DNA of 62,652 nucleotides, filler included, from Choristocarpus tenellus KU-1152 (GCA_964200185.2; 7 parts of 7 records of this genome joined end to end with filler, not necessarily neighbours in it); one strand, 5' to 3'. Positions 1-13,789 are shown, counted from the whole stretch's first letter. Program-made: numbers and translations. Notes: a model not told the origin generated them from the sequence alone.

Positions 1-603
1 AGCACAACCACAAGCGCAAAACCTTCATCCCAGCCTTTGAAAACCCCCGCCCCCCCTCCTCACCCCCCCCCCCCTGATCATGAAGCATGCACGTTAGCTA
101 CTTGCTGGTGCCCACCCAGGGCTCGAGTGTATTCACGTTTGGAGCATGTGGACACTTCCAGGCTGGAGATATATATCCATTGCCTGTTGTCCAGCCCTAG
201 GCGCTCTCGCATCTCGAGTGCATTATTACCACCCACATTGGTTCCCACCCTTTGGCTATCAATCACATCTGCTGTATAGGGATGCAAAATATCCTAGATG
301 TTCAAGATAGTTGTGGAACATCATTCACATCCCTTGATATCTCATTACAGATTAGATCATGCCATCAAATTATTAACCCTTGTTCTCCAACAATTCCTCT
401 AGTCACTGATTGTGAGTAAAATCAAAATCCTGTCCTTCACCCTAAGTCCAACTCTGAGAAATGGGGGCTACACTACTTACTGACTTTTTGAGGTCGATGC
501 TTTCGCAGGCTGGTCAGTGCTTTTCTCTTTTTTGAAGCAACTACAAACACCTCACAAATCAGTCTCCCTCTCCTATTCATTTCTTCATTTCTCGTTTCTG
601 TAG

Positions 604-3600
604 GGCTTGGTACTGGCTGATTATGTGCAATCTCCAAGGCTGGGTGATGGCAGGGAGGGACATACAGTGGATGCGCGGGACACACAATTTCAAGTGAGGA
701 TTTTTTTTTTGCTTGATTGCCACCTGGCACATGAGGATTATTGGACGACGGAGCGGAGTGCTGGTTAAAGATCTGAGAACGTTGAGCTAGTTTGAGAAAC
801 AAGACCAAAGTGGACAATGCTGAATTATTTTTAGCTCATATATTTAGCTCTCATTGCGTCCAGAGTGATGGGACTGTAATCACAAGGGACTCCGATACAT
901 CTTCACTATCCAGAGCATGAGGATTAGCTCCCCCTCATCACCCTATCATTCCTTGCTTATCCCAATCCTAAGTCTGCCCCTAATATTGCAGACACAGAGT
1001 TTTCAAGAAGCTGTCCTCCAAAGTTAATGTGGGGAAAAAAATGAATTTGGTCTGGGTTTGATTCATGATTGCACTTGCGATAATATTTGGTTGACAATCG
1101 TGTTGTGGAAACTACTTAGTTCAAGCTTGTTTTTTATATGGATGCAGTTGGTTGGGTTAGAGATGGCAGTAGAGCTTTAGTCTCAATTTATTGTTCCCAT
1201 TAGGGATGAATCATCATCATACTGACCATGTATTCGTATTAGTACATTAGAGGTGAAATAATTTTGAGCAAACTACTAGTCCATGAAAATGCCAGCGAAA
1301 AACAAAGATAGGAGAACATGCAAAGGCAATATGTTGTAAGGTGAGATAGCTCCAGTGTGACTGGAAAGATCCAAGGGAACGTTATATACTCTTTCAGCTA
1401 GACCTTACCATTGAATGCAACTGAAACTTGAGACCATTTACCATGAGTTTTACAAGTTGCTATTCCCTTAACACTGCAATATATGTACCTCGTCTTCAGA
1501 CCCTTTTTTTTTCCAATCGTACTTTCACGTACATAAAGGTATCTCGCCTTGAAGCGAGGCTCATCTGCATGAGTGATTTACAACCCAATGAGGTTCCCAG
1601 TGACACAATCAGCGCTGGAGCTGGGGCTGGGGGGAGAGTTCATGGTGGAGTGGTCCTTTTAGACCCAATTACATTTGGCCTTCATTTTAGCACTGTGGAA
1701 AGGCAACTACATCCAACTGTGCACAAGGTTATGTGCCAGGTAATCCTTTTGTCAGACTTATGCTGTGGTTGTGTGTGTGTGTGTGCCACCTTTGACTAGG
1801 GCTAAACAGGGTGGGCATAGGAGTGTTGCGCTTCGTGCCTAACCTCAGCACTAACCCTATGCCTCGTAGCTATCCTCCTGTTGGCTCTGGAGTATATCTG
1901 TGGATTGTTTTGCTCTCCATCCGATTTTGATATCAAAGAAGTCCCCATTGCATCAATTTGAAGCTTGGTAGAGAAACTGGCTTGTCTTTCATCTGTCCTG
2001 GACAAGTGCACATCGACCTTGACTCTACTCCTCTTTTATTGGTTTAGATAGAGCCAGCCTTGGCTCCGTTACATCTCTTCACCTCCTCCCCACACAAACA
2101 TATATGCACAACCCATGTGACATGCTGACCCCATCGAAATTTTAGCCACGGTATATTATCCAACTATGTTATTTGTTTGTAGAGAAAGTCTATGCTAACT
2201 GCCACACAGCCTCAAGCAAAGCCCAACTATTGATATTGTGGTTGTTATGATTACTTTGCCTTTGCCAGCATTCACTGCGTGGAGTTGAGTTTCACTGTTT
2301 AAATTTGGAGTTAATGCATTCGATTAGCTCCCTCTTTTGGGATTACAGTAATGAGTCCATTGTCAGACCTCTTTCCTTCCCTAACTGCACCTCAAGGTGG
2401 ACGATGTGTCCTGCCAGCTGTCATTCAGAGACATGTATCTCCTTTCAGATATTGCTCAGGGGTGGACAAGGAGCCTGCAAATATGTTTCCAGAGCACCAA
2501 GCCTGTTGCCATTGAGGAACATATCAGTGGCACTGACACCATCAATGCCACAGAGAAGCATTCTAACTGCAAAGAAGACATTGGTCAGGAAAAGGGGGAG
2601 TTTTCACCAGCTGAGGGGGCAGCTGTACAATGTTTGCCACCACCAGGATCAATGCAGGCAATTTCTGGGCACAGAGTTGTTGGTGTGAGCCCTAGGTCAC
2701 CAAGGTCTGCAGGGTTGCAGTATGTGGTAAGAGTGAGTGGGAAGGTGACCAGATCTTTGATTTGGTAAACAATGTGGGACTGGAGGGGAAATGGGTGTTA
2801 AAAAAAAACGACTTTGAGGTCTGATTGAGGAGAAAATGTTGAAGCAATTTTTGCATTGGTTCATACTAGCGTGCAACACACACCAAGCCTACCAACTACA
2901 CTCAAAAGGTGTGCAGTTTTAATTTACCTGAGGTGCGGGTGAATCATTACGTTCAATTTGACTTCAACCCAGCCTACGTTGCCATGCTTTTCTTGATGGA
3001 TTCTGCTGATGTAGGGACGGGCATCTTTTTCTCTGGCTGTCTGCACCACAAGGTGATGTTTCAGACAAGCGAGAGTTGAAATTGACTGCCTTTCCCAGAG
3101 AATTGCGTGCTCCTGTGCCAGCCTTTCGAACAATCTATGGATCATGAAGTAAGCCTGTTGTTACCATAACCCTGGTGTTACACTGTTTCTTTCTTCCCTC
3201 CTCCTTGTCTCACATGACCTGTAGGCCGGTTCAAGGTATGAGGTTGTCTTTCTCAAGCAGAAGCTTGGCCTGGTGCTCATCAAGCAGGTGAGTTGCTCCT
3301 GGTGTGATTGATACAGTTGATTAGAACTGCTTTATGACAAGTTGCCAATTATACTTTTATGTTTAGAAGATAACAACATACCTGTATTAATCAAACCCCA
3401 ACTCCATACATTATTTTTTATAGTTGTGTACATAGTGGTACTGGACAGAAGAGTTTTCTTTTACGCAGGAACAGCATTTAGACTAGACCCTTAGATGGAT
3501 TTGTTTCATTGGATCTTGCTTCTTCAATTGTTGATATTTTTATGGATGTAAGGCCACCAATTTAGCCTTGAAAGATTTTGAATTTTGAAGAAACGCACTA

Positions 3601-6600
3601 TAGGTCTTCTCCTTATCTCATATCCTTCCAGATTCTTCTCGATAATATTCGATCCAAGCAAGTTTGAATAAGATGGTAAATCCCCATATATCTATTCGTT
3701 TGCTTTGTATCTGCCCTACACAGCTAGTTGTGCTCTAGAAACAGTCAAATCACTGGTTAAGTGCATTCTAGATTGGTTGGTACTCTTGACTGTATTTTGA
3801 AGTTGTTGCGAGAGAAAAATCCCCAAGGATGCAGCAGAAGCTAACCCTAATCCTAAGCTATGAAATTTTAACCAGGATGGATTGCCAGTGGTGGAGGAGA
3901 TATCTCCTGGATTTCAGAAAGCAGGTGGTCCGTATGCAGGTGATGAGCTCATTGCTGTGGATGGGGAAGAAACAAGCACTACACCCTATGAGCAAATAGT
4001 GCAGCTAATTCGCTCCAAACCTCGCCCGCTCAAGCTTGCATTCAGGTAAACATCAGAGAGCACTGTCCAAAGATCAACCTTTGCACCAATACAGCAGCCT
4101 ATATGCCACTTCCAACCAACTGGATGCCTTCAATCAACAGCCTTTCCTATCCCCCAATCTTGGAATCGCTCTGAAGGGAGAGGAGTCTTTTGTTCACATG
4201 AGAGAAATTATTTTTCATCTTACGGATCACGGCTCTTTGCTGGTCCTTTTCCTTGCTGTAGATGCAAGCCGGTGACTATATTTTCTCTCTCTCCTCGTTA
4301 CTTTTGTCTCAACAGACGTGCCCTTTGTGTGTCCCACTGGGGCCGTGAGTACTCCCTGACCCTATTCAACAAGAACGGTCATGATCTGGATGGTGTAGTG
4401 CTCACCAGGGGGGGTGCTGGTGACCAGGCCGTTGTTGCTTCTTCATCATTATACACACCTCCCAGAAGGACCAAGTCGCAGGTGAATGACACAGGATTCT
4501 TCAAAGTGACGATGATTGAATACTACTTTTTTAGTACGTTGGGAGGTAGACAGTTAGAACGCTCATTCATATTGATCTTGCTTATGTGAAGGTCTTGAAA
4601 GGGTTGAAAGTTGTTGTCTTCATATGTGTGACTGGGGTCTTAAGAGAACAATTACCGTTCTGGGATGAATCCTGTGTACATAGAGACAAAAGGTGAAGAT
4701 TGGGTACTGGCATCGAAGTATGCAATTCCTTACCTGGGTTTGAGGAGAGGGTCAATTATATCTGTTTTTATAGCATGATCACCTACACAAACCGAAGATG
4801 ATTTCAATAAGGTTCGGTTCAAAAGCTAGGGTACACAACAGCAGTCCCTCTCACCTTACCCAAGCTTGGCCATGTACTTATACTGGTATTTTATGAAATG
4901 ATAATATGCACCTTATCACCTCAATACTACTGCAGAGTAATTGTGCCATTTCAAACACTCTCAAATCACAGCTAGCAGTCAGACCTCGACCAGGAGCAGT
5001 GGTGACCAGGGTCAACTCCGTCCCTGTCAGTCATCTACCTTTGGAGGGTGTGCTGGATGTGGTGCACAAGGCACAACTACCTCTTCACATTGGTTTTCGA
5101 GAGCTTGAGGCTTGTGCATGGCCAACAGCACAGCGCATAGATGTGAGAGACTTGGAACCCTTGTTTGACTTACTCTAATAGGTCTAGGGTGCAGTTGAAG
5201 TTCCTTCCATGAGCCTACCCCTCCCTTAGGCATATATTTGGAGGAACTTTGACCGTTGTGGTTTGTGTCCTGCTGTGGGTTTGCACCTGGTGTGGCCTCT
5301 TGAAACATCTCGGATGGATTCTCAACTTCGTACATACTCTATTTGTATCCTACCCTTAAGACTCCAAGCAAGCTCAACAAATTTCAATTGTCTTTATCAG
5401 GTGCAATTTGTCTCGCTGGGTTTGACAGTGATTGATGATCGGGAAGGGAGACATATGCCCCTTCTCAGACTGGAAGTTGTGGGCCTGGATCTCACAAATG
5501 AAAGTGGGCCAGGAGTTACAAGAAGGTGAGGAAAGAGGAGGGGTCTGGCTTGTGGTTTTATCATGGAAGGAAGTATAACAGGCAAGGCATATGTGAGGCA
5601 TCAAACTCATCACTTCAGTATTTAGGAGTATTTATCTTGGTTGGAGGTAAACCGGGGTATCGTGGACCCGGAAGGAACAAAATACACTAATATTCACCAA
5701 TCTAGACTGAGGCATTCAGTAAAAAAAATTATTGCGGCACCATGTTGTGTAAATTGTATGTTGTCTGTATCTATATGAGTTCATTATTTAGACTAGTGTC
5801 AAACGTCGTAAGGCACTCCTTAACACAGTCAAAACAAGAAACATGGAATCGAAAATATGAGCCCCAGGATATCAAGGACTGGCCGTCTATGGGGCCCTGA
5901 GGTCATCTACAGCATCATGATCCCAATGAAGGCACCCCAGGAGACTCCATGTAGCCTAGAGACCTGTTTAGGTGAGATAGGATGCCGAAAAAGCCCCTGG
6001 AACATCAGGTGAATGTCACAGGGAGGGTAGAGACCCAACACATCCCACATTTACCGCTTGTGGGCTTGGTGAATTCTCTACTTTCTAGAGAATCTTATGA
6101 AGAGGGTGCATATAGGATGATGATCTGGTGGAACCCATTCCACTGCCCCTACCCTGCCTTTCACACTCACCTCGGCCACCTCTACTCCCAAAATTCAATA
6201 CAATACTAGAAATTGATAGGTCGAAACTGCAGCAAATGCGACAGTCTGCATTTCTACTAGGGTGGAATAAGAGAAAAAATAAATAAAAGCGTCCTCTAAT
6301 CCCTCACGATTGCTTGAATCTGCTAATAGTATACTGGAGTCAGACCACAACAGAATAGGTGGGTTGACCCTTGCTTGATATGGTAGTAATGCACATATGT
6401 AGCGAGGGGGTGAGGTGGATTGAAACTACGATGAGATTAGCAATGTGATACAGAGACTATCATAACAAAGGTGTGCTCGACACCTTAGTGTGGGAGTTAC
6501 AAGTTGATGTTAATTGTTTTGTTCGGTAAACTGCAATTGTGGCAAGAACCCAATGATAAGTGATGCAACGCAGTGACCATCCAGATGATCTGTGTTTTGG

Positions 6601-9600
6601 TTTTACCCCAGTGCAGTATGTTGTGTAATAAAAGATGTTATAGGTTGATGTTGACATTTGTTATGTCTCATCAGTACACTGAACATGCTTCCACAAATGG
6701 GCAATTAAAGCAGGGGTCTCCCTTGCCCCATTGTGGGATCTGTGCAAGCATGAGAAGGTGAAGATCAAGCGGTGGATTAAGCCAGTCCTCTCAGACCAAC
6801 AGAAAGGCAACAGGGTGGGTTTCGTCATTAGCCACACACACTAGAGGGAGGGAAGTGGGGTATTAGTGGTCAATCTATATAACTGGGTGCATGTGGACAA
6901 AAAGTGGTTTTACATCCTCAAAGATGGGCAAGGTGTGTACCTGCACCCCATTTAGGACCCTCCCAAACCCCCACAAGCACAGAATAAGAACTACATCACG
7001 AGAGTGATGCTCCTTGCAGCTGTGGCCCACCCTAGGAAGCTCTCCAATGGGGTGTGGTTCGATGGGAAAATGGGGATTTGGCAAATCATAGACACTAAGG
7101 TTGCTCAGCGCTCCAGCAAACACTGCCCCAATGGCACCTAGGTGCTTGGTTCAGCCATGGTGGATGGGGAGAGGTATAAGAAGCTTATGATCAAGGATGT
7201 CATCCAGGCAATCAAGGCCCACATGCCTAGGCCTGAAGAACACACCATCTCCATGCAGCAGGATGGTGCATAGCCACACACGAAGGAGGGAATCATGGAG
7301 GTAATCAAGGAGGCGACAGGGGACAGCATTTTCGTAGAGTCCCAGCCAGCCAAATCACCTGACCTCAACGTCAACAACCTGGGATTCTTTCATTCCATCC
7401 AGCAACTGAAGGAAGACGTGGGGGTGACCAACACAGAGGAGGTGGTGGAAGCCACAATGGAGGCGTTTGATGTGTACCCCTGGGAGACACTAGAGCACAT
7501 CTGGTAGAGTCTCTTTGCAGTCTACAGTGAAATACTGGGGTCCAAGGGTAATAGTCGTCTTCAAAATTCCCTGTCTTAGCAAGGAAAAGACTGAGGAGGC
7601 GAGCAAGCTACCCCCAAATGCCCCATTGGATGTGTAATACTGTGCTGAAATAGAGTTTTGGAGGGCTTCGGGAGCGAAATCATAGATAGGTTTATGCTGT
7701 CCAATTTTGATTGAGATTTTGGCGAGTAACCTTTTAGTGTCTGCACAATACACCCGTAAAATATGAACGTGTGAAAAAAAAACATGCTTCTTCATCGGGG
7801 CTGCAAAATGTATGTTTTAATCGATTCCGAACGGAAGTAGTAATTTTAATAATCTTGTTTCCATTGGCTTAATTTCCTATATATGGTTAAAGAGTTTTCT
7901 GGAATCGATTTTTAAAGTAGCCCCCAATTATATTCTACAGTTAGTCATATTGAACAGATGGGCTATGCCTATCAAACCTACACCCCAGAGAGTTTTTCAA
8001 GGGTGAAATGATAAAGGAAACAATATTGAATACATTCAATACCTTGTGAAGAAGATATCCACCTCCCAGATGTTCCACAATCGTATGTAAATTACATAGG
8101 TTTTCCAAAAAATACTTCACCGCCAAAAAGGTTTACAACAGCGTAAATTGTAGTGTAACCTGGATGCCTGGGAAACGTGTTTGAAGGATTGGATCTGAGG
8201 GCCATACCATTATATATATGTATGGGTTGCCTAATAAGTGGTCCTGGGGTGTTTGTTGATATTCACTTTTGCGGATTTCAAGGACTTGACATAGAACAAC
8301 TTGGTGTGCTTCTTCTTTAAGGTACCTCTACTATTTGTCACATTCCCACTCCCTGTGTGGATGTGAACCTGAAATGTTCTCATCTACTTTGACGCCAGGT
8401 TTGGTGACTCTCTCCTGCCTCCTTAGTTTTTTCGTTTTTGCTGCCGTGTACTTCTTCTCCACCATTTATCATGTTCTCCTTGAGAGCTTCAGATGTGATG
8501 TTCCCCCTCGTACTCCCCCAGGTGCTCCTCAACCATGACGGTGGTAACACATACACCCTGCACTACATCTGTGTGATATATACTGTTGGGTTGGACAATC
8601 CTTTGCAACCCCAAAATTATGTTGTGCAACACGAAATGCATATTTGTGAGGTAGGCAAGGTAATTTACCACATCGGTAAATACCTGAAGAGATGCGAAAA
8701 TGATCCAAAAAAGAAACATCGCGTTGGATGGTAGAGTTGGATCAATAACCAGCAGTGGCTCCAATGGACTACCAGATCAAGTACCAAGTTTAAACTGTAA
8801 ATTAAACTTGAGTGTGATATTCTTTGTGGCTATCTTCACTACACATGTGTAATACATCCCATTCTTCACTCTCAGCACAACTCCGGAATCCCCACTGATC
8901 TGGTAGCTTAACCTTGAAGACGTTGAAGGAGAGGCAACATTAGGGCAAGCTCACACTGGAATTGGTGGCGAATGGTTTTGGCAAACCTCTGCATCTATAT
9001 GCATTTCACCAGTTCCATGGAGGACATGATGCGTGTCTGCCAGCCAGCACGTTTTTCATCTCTCTCAACCCCCTTGGTCTTCCTCTTAATCAAGTGTCAT
9101 GAGGCATCCCAGACTCTCCCACATAGCCATCCAACCCCCTCCATCCTGATACTGACTGATCAACAGTCAGCCCCCATGACGGGGAAAACATGGCATGATT
9201 ATTGTGATTCCATGTATCAAGGAAGGATTCCACCTTTACCCACCTTTCTTGACCCTTCGCAACTCCTTCCCTACCTTCCCTATTCTCAAGTCCACTAGTA
9301 ATGGCGAAAGTGACAAGATCACAACTCCAGAGCAACTGTAAGAGATATGCTGTCCAAAGTCAGTTCCCATCTGTACACCTTCAGCAACGCTCCCTTTCGC
9401 GCATTACCTGGACTCTGTTCTGTCCCAAGTTCTCATCTTGTTTCATAGCTAACAAAGCATCCAACATTCGCCATATTTCAGTATCACATTGTTGATGCCA
9501 ACCTTTTCACATGCAAGAGTTTGAGGCTTCTACTTATATCTTGATCTTGTTCTCAAGGAAATGCATGTTGAAGAAGTCAATGGCCTCCATATTTTGCCCT

Positions 9601-12600
9601 CGAGAAGGATGCTGCGACTACACCAAGTTTGCAGGTCACATTTCAGCGGTTCTTACGTCTATTTTCACCATGCTGACATCCTCATACCTCGTAAGTGGAT
9701 AGTTCTTCATCTCCCCTCTAAGGAGAACATATTGTCCTAAATCTTCAACCTCCCCATCATCTGTTGCCCAAACCCTGAGATAGTTCCTGTAAACGCCATC
9801 CTCCTCAATGCTGCCCTCATCATCAGCCCCATCCTCATTGGAATGTTCATCTCTGACATCTCCGTGTTGTCAACCTTGCTCTAATTCCCCCCCTCCACTG
9901 AATTCTCCGACTCTTCAACTGGTACAACCATCATTGATCTTTATGTCAGGCCCTTGTGGAGGATCACATTATTCACAGGGGAGTACACAGCCCACTTCCA
10001 GTGCTTGTTGCCTAATCTAGGGTTTTTATTGGTATCTATTCCATACCAGTTCTTTGCCTTTCAAATCGAGGTGACCTCACACATGATGGGTGTTATCTTG
10101 TATAACTGAACAGTCAACACAATGCATATCTTAAGTCGTGACAACCTTACTCAATCAGATCAACAGAGGGGATGAATTTCCTGTGACAAATTTCATACCT
10201 GTGACTGAGACACAGAACACGGTATCTAATCTAACCTGATTGGTACAGATTTACGCTAAGCTTGCACCTCTGTTGAAGTCCTTGAAGAATTTGGTTAACC
10301 AGGCATCAACAGCAATAAAGGTTATTAAAATGGCAGTTTATTGACATTTCTAGATACTTTTTTATCATAGATTAGAAACCAGAACTTCATTTCACACAAT
10401 CATTAGATAATGACCTTCCCCCTCCACTTAAAGCTATCTCATATTTTCTCACCTCATTCCATTCAGTTGACATGCACTCAATATGCATGCTCAGTATCCA
10501 GAACGCTTCTTCTAAATACTCATACACACACACATCCTCCACTCACTCCAGCATTCCCAGACCGGCGAGGTAGCTCTGCTGCCATAGCAGAGTAGAACCT
10601 TGTGATCACCCCCGCCCCTAGGCCCTGGTACAGTCTGTCGGGTTTTTTATTTGCTTCTCTTTTAGACGTATTTTTTCATACATACTGTGTAGTGCAGAAT
10701 GGTCCCAATATCACCTTGACTTACCTCTACCCTCTCCTATTCGCTCAGGTCTTGATTTTTTAACGAAAAAATCGTTCACACAAGCTCAGTTCCCATTGCT
10801 CAACCCTTTTTTTCTAACTTAAATGAAGCTATGGCTCCAACCCAAACTTTCAGCCTTTTCTTGTTTGTGACCTACATTATCCAACCTCTTGCTGGGTAGA
10901 ACTGAAAAGCCAGCCTTGAACTCCATTGGCATCCTGAAAACGCTGTATATATCCACAACTCTAATCAGCCAAATCTGGGTGTTTATCACTTTTCCACTTT
11001 GCTTGACCATGTTAGGCCATTGTTTTCCTTGGTTATTTCGTCAACTCAACCATATTGCTCCATTTCATTTAGTCTTCCTGTGTGTGGGACTAGTTATGTT
11101 TGTATTAGCTCTAGTGTTGATGCAGTTCTGAAGTTTGACTATATTGGGAAAGGAGTTGACCTAAAATGATCACTCTTTAACTTGTCATCCAACTTCCCAG
11201 ATGGGCATCTAACCATGCCAGTGGAGAGGGAGCAAGACTAAACTCAACTACCCGAAAGCCAGGTGCCAGTAATGTCCCTAACCAGCCGTCCTCTGCCATT
11301 GCGGGTGCATCTAATATCACAAGGACCGATGTGGCTTGTGATGCTCAGGTATGGGGTCAGAGCACTGTAATTATGTGATGCATTTGATTTTTGCCTATGA
11401 CACTAGCACTACAGGTTGAAAGGTATGCTAGACCCGCACTGACTTTTTAGAAATTGCTAACATAGAAAGGTAGCGTGTACAGCCTTTGAGCCCTATTGAG
11501 GGCCCATAATGTACCCAAGGCTTTGCTCACATTGTGCTATGTAGTAGAGTTTTGTGGAGATTAGCAACCAAGGGGTTGGGATGATATGAATGATTACTGG
11601 TTTTTACAGAATGGGAACACAATGCAATTTTGATACTATAGGTTAATTATTGCCTATTGTTTGAACTTCAATCTAGCCTGCTGTAACATTTATTGCAGCA
11701 GGTTACAGTAGAGTAGTTTATGATATTGAGCAAGGCATAGACATGAAATAGCACTATGGCATGTGCTAAGAACTGTTGAAATATTGAATCAGATGAAGCA
11801 GTATTCCATTGTACAGGTTGACAAAGCTGTAGTGATTGAAATGAAGTTTCACCAAAGCAAGGGTTGATCCGGTGCACTGAAGTACTATTCTGTGCTGATT
11901 TAATTAATTGCGTGATCTGTTCTGAGTGAAGGCTTGTTACCTTGTGATGAAATGCTGTGGATGTATAAGCTGCGATGTATATCATCCAGATGTGCATTAG
12001 GGTACACTTTAGGCAGAGTGATCTCAAGGTAATAAGGAGGAGAGATAGATTTGAGCCTCGATGTAGAGTCAGACGTCAGAACCAGCTGTCCTATCTATAA
12101 AAAGAAGAAATAACTCTCAAGGCTGTGTCAACAACACTTAAGTTTCAATGTGTGGATTTTGTATACCAGCTACAGACTAAAGATAGATAAACATGAACTG
12201 ACATACAGAGTGAACATTGTGGGTAATAGATACATACAATATAGATTTGTATGCAGTAGGTGTTGGTATATCTACACAATCACATACTGATGGGACATTA
12301 CTAGGGGACGGGATAGTTGCCACAAGGTGAGGATCCTGAACTGTATCTATGTGCCTGCGAGCGTAGCCCATGTTTCAACATGCACCAGTTGTGACATCCT
12401 CATATCCCCACCATAATCTACCTCCTTGTCATAGCTGGACTATTACAATGCCAGGGCTGGCCGATGGGAGCCTTTAGTGGAGAGATTTAGGGCCATTGCC
12501 GTAAGGGAGATTGAAGAACCTGCGACTAATGCTACCAATCTATTGGTTTCAGAGGGGGAGAACATCAGCAGCAGTAGAGGCCAGCTGATGGAAATGAGTG

Positions 12601-13118
12601 GAAAGGACAACAGTGGCAAATTGTCACTAGTAAAGCTGGCAATCTCAGATGACTTGAAGGTGATTGTGAACAAGGCTAAAATTTGGAGTGGCCCAGGATT
12701 AATATGCTCTGGGAGAGGCTTTGAGTACTAATTCATGTGGCAATGTAAGAGCAAATTTTTTGGCGGAGATAGTGTGACCTTGTGATAAGTTCTTAGTACT
12801 AATAGGATGTGGTCACCAGCGTGTTGCAACTTGTAGGCACCATTGCACAACCATTTTGCCTTAACTCAATCAGAAGCTCAGGTGAATCCTCTCACTTGGT
12901 TCTCCAACAAACCATGAGCAGGTGAATGTCACACATGACATGATGGACATTGTGGTCCAAGCTTCAAGAGACTGGAAGGCCGGTGGATGGCGAGAAACCC
13001 CTACATCGCCCGCTTCCCCTCCCAATGTAGCCCTCAAGGGGTTGTATGGGGGCCATGATGGTATAGTACAGGAGCCAGGAGGTGGTTTGAGTGGGGCCAG
13101 CATTCCCTCCCATAGCAG
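604..13118 (+). CDS. VPS13: VPS13D-like bridge lipid-transfer protein, internal fragment with two inserted PDZ domains. Exons: 604-693, 1539-1739, 2397-2726, 3225-3287, 3876-4045, 4316-4481, 4972-5142, 5401-5525, 11201-11348, 12435-12659, 12922-13118
   Basis: Phase-compatible GT-AG exon chain. VPS13 motifs: 'LSFRDM', 'LTVIDDREGRHMPLL', 'LDYYNARAGRWEPLVE', 'VNVTHDM'. PDZ motifs: 'KLGLVL...GDELIAVDG...IRSKPRPLKLAF' and 'PGAVVTRVNS...AQLPLHIGF'. Both ends of the gene lie outside the contig. Confidence 0.85.
6770..7620 (+). mobile_element. Tc1/mariner (DD39D, plant-mariner-like) transposase pseudogene in a VPS13 intron
   Basis: Translated motifs 'WVHVDKKWFY', 'VMLLAAVAHPR', 'WFDGKMGIW', 'MQQDGA*PH', 'QPAKSPDLNVNNLGFFHSIQ'; several in-frame TAG stops. 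Confidence 0.9.
8400..9950 (-). mobile_element. piggyBac-like transposase remnant, heavily frameshifted
   Basis: Minus-strand fragments in the expected order: acidic N-terminal region, 'AIDFFNMHFLE', 'SPSWGLTVDQSVSGWRG...GMPH', 'GMYYTCVVKIATK', 'VVNYLAY'. TTAA-flanked termini were not identified. Confidence 0.65.
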
Positions 13119-13431
13119 GTAAATCGGGGGATAACGAAACGTCAGAGGTGTGGCAGTGAAGAGGGCTTAATGTATGCAATCAAACTCTCGTTTTTGCTTT
13201 AATTTACTGTGCAAATATCATTTCGAGTTTCCTGTATGCTCATGAACTACATCAATTTTTGGAGGGAATAAGATGGCCCCTTCATGAGAAGTGACCAAGG
13301 TTGACATTCTGTACTCCAGTGTACACACCAGTGCATGATGTGGAAGGAAAGGAGGACTCTAAAGAAGTGATGTCAGTTCTATTGTGTGTGTGCAATTGCC
13401 CAAGAACCGAGGCACTTTTGGCTATGATGTT

Positions 13432-13488
13432 GATCCAAAGTATCTGGGGGGAGGGGGGGTCTACACCAGAGTGTCCATTTGGGCCAGA
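13432..13488. mobile_element. Left end of a MITE (GATCCAAAGTATCT terminus) truncated by the contig end
   Basis: Matches the terminus of the element at 13596 and of the contig-5 MITEs, followed by a G-run and 'gtgtccatttgggcca'. Confidence 0.55.
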
Positions 13489-13588
13489 NNNNNNNNNNNN
13501 NNNNNNNNNNNNNNNNNNNNNNNNNNNNNNNNTTAATTAATTAANNNNNNNNNNNNNNNNNNNNNNNNNNNNNNNNNNNNNNNNNNNN
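13489..13588. other. Artificial contig linker N44-TTAATTAATTAA-N44
   Basis: Identical 100-nt spacer with stops in all six frames, recurring six times in the window. Confidence 0.99.
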
Positions 13589-13595
13589 TATCATT

Positions 13596-13780
13596 GACCC
13601 AAAGTATCTGTTTATATGGGGGGGGGGGAGTCAACGCCAGGGTGTCCATTTGAGCCGTAACCAGTAAATGTGCTCTTACACAATCCATCCTACGTATGCT
13701 ACCAAACCACAAAAAAATCGCGACATGAAAAGATTGGCCCGAAATGGACAGCCACCACCACCCCCCCAGATACTTTGAGC
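13596..13780. mobile_element. Short (~185 bp) MITE related to the contig-5 family
   Basis: TIRs 'caaagtatctg...G-run...tgtccattt' and 'aaatggaca...C-run...agatactttg', flanked by CATT on both sides. Confidence 0.65.
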
Positions 13781-13789
13781 CATTGCTAT

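Noticed and set aside
4079-4680. Alternative genetic code (TAA/TAG = Gln) suggested by stops in exon-like blocks
   Set aside because: Intact genes here terminate at TAA/TAG and have no in-frame TAR codons; decay or chance explains the stops.
10561-10627. Extra VPS13 exon after a good acceptor at 10560
   Set aside because: In-frame TAG in the required phase; the exon at 11201 joins directly in phase.
13533-13544. Palindromic TTAATTAATTAA recurring six times between N runs
   Set aside because: Fixed 100-nt assembly linker with stops in all frames; not biological. ORFs running into these gaps are artefacts.
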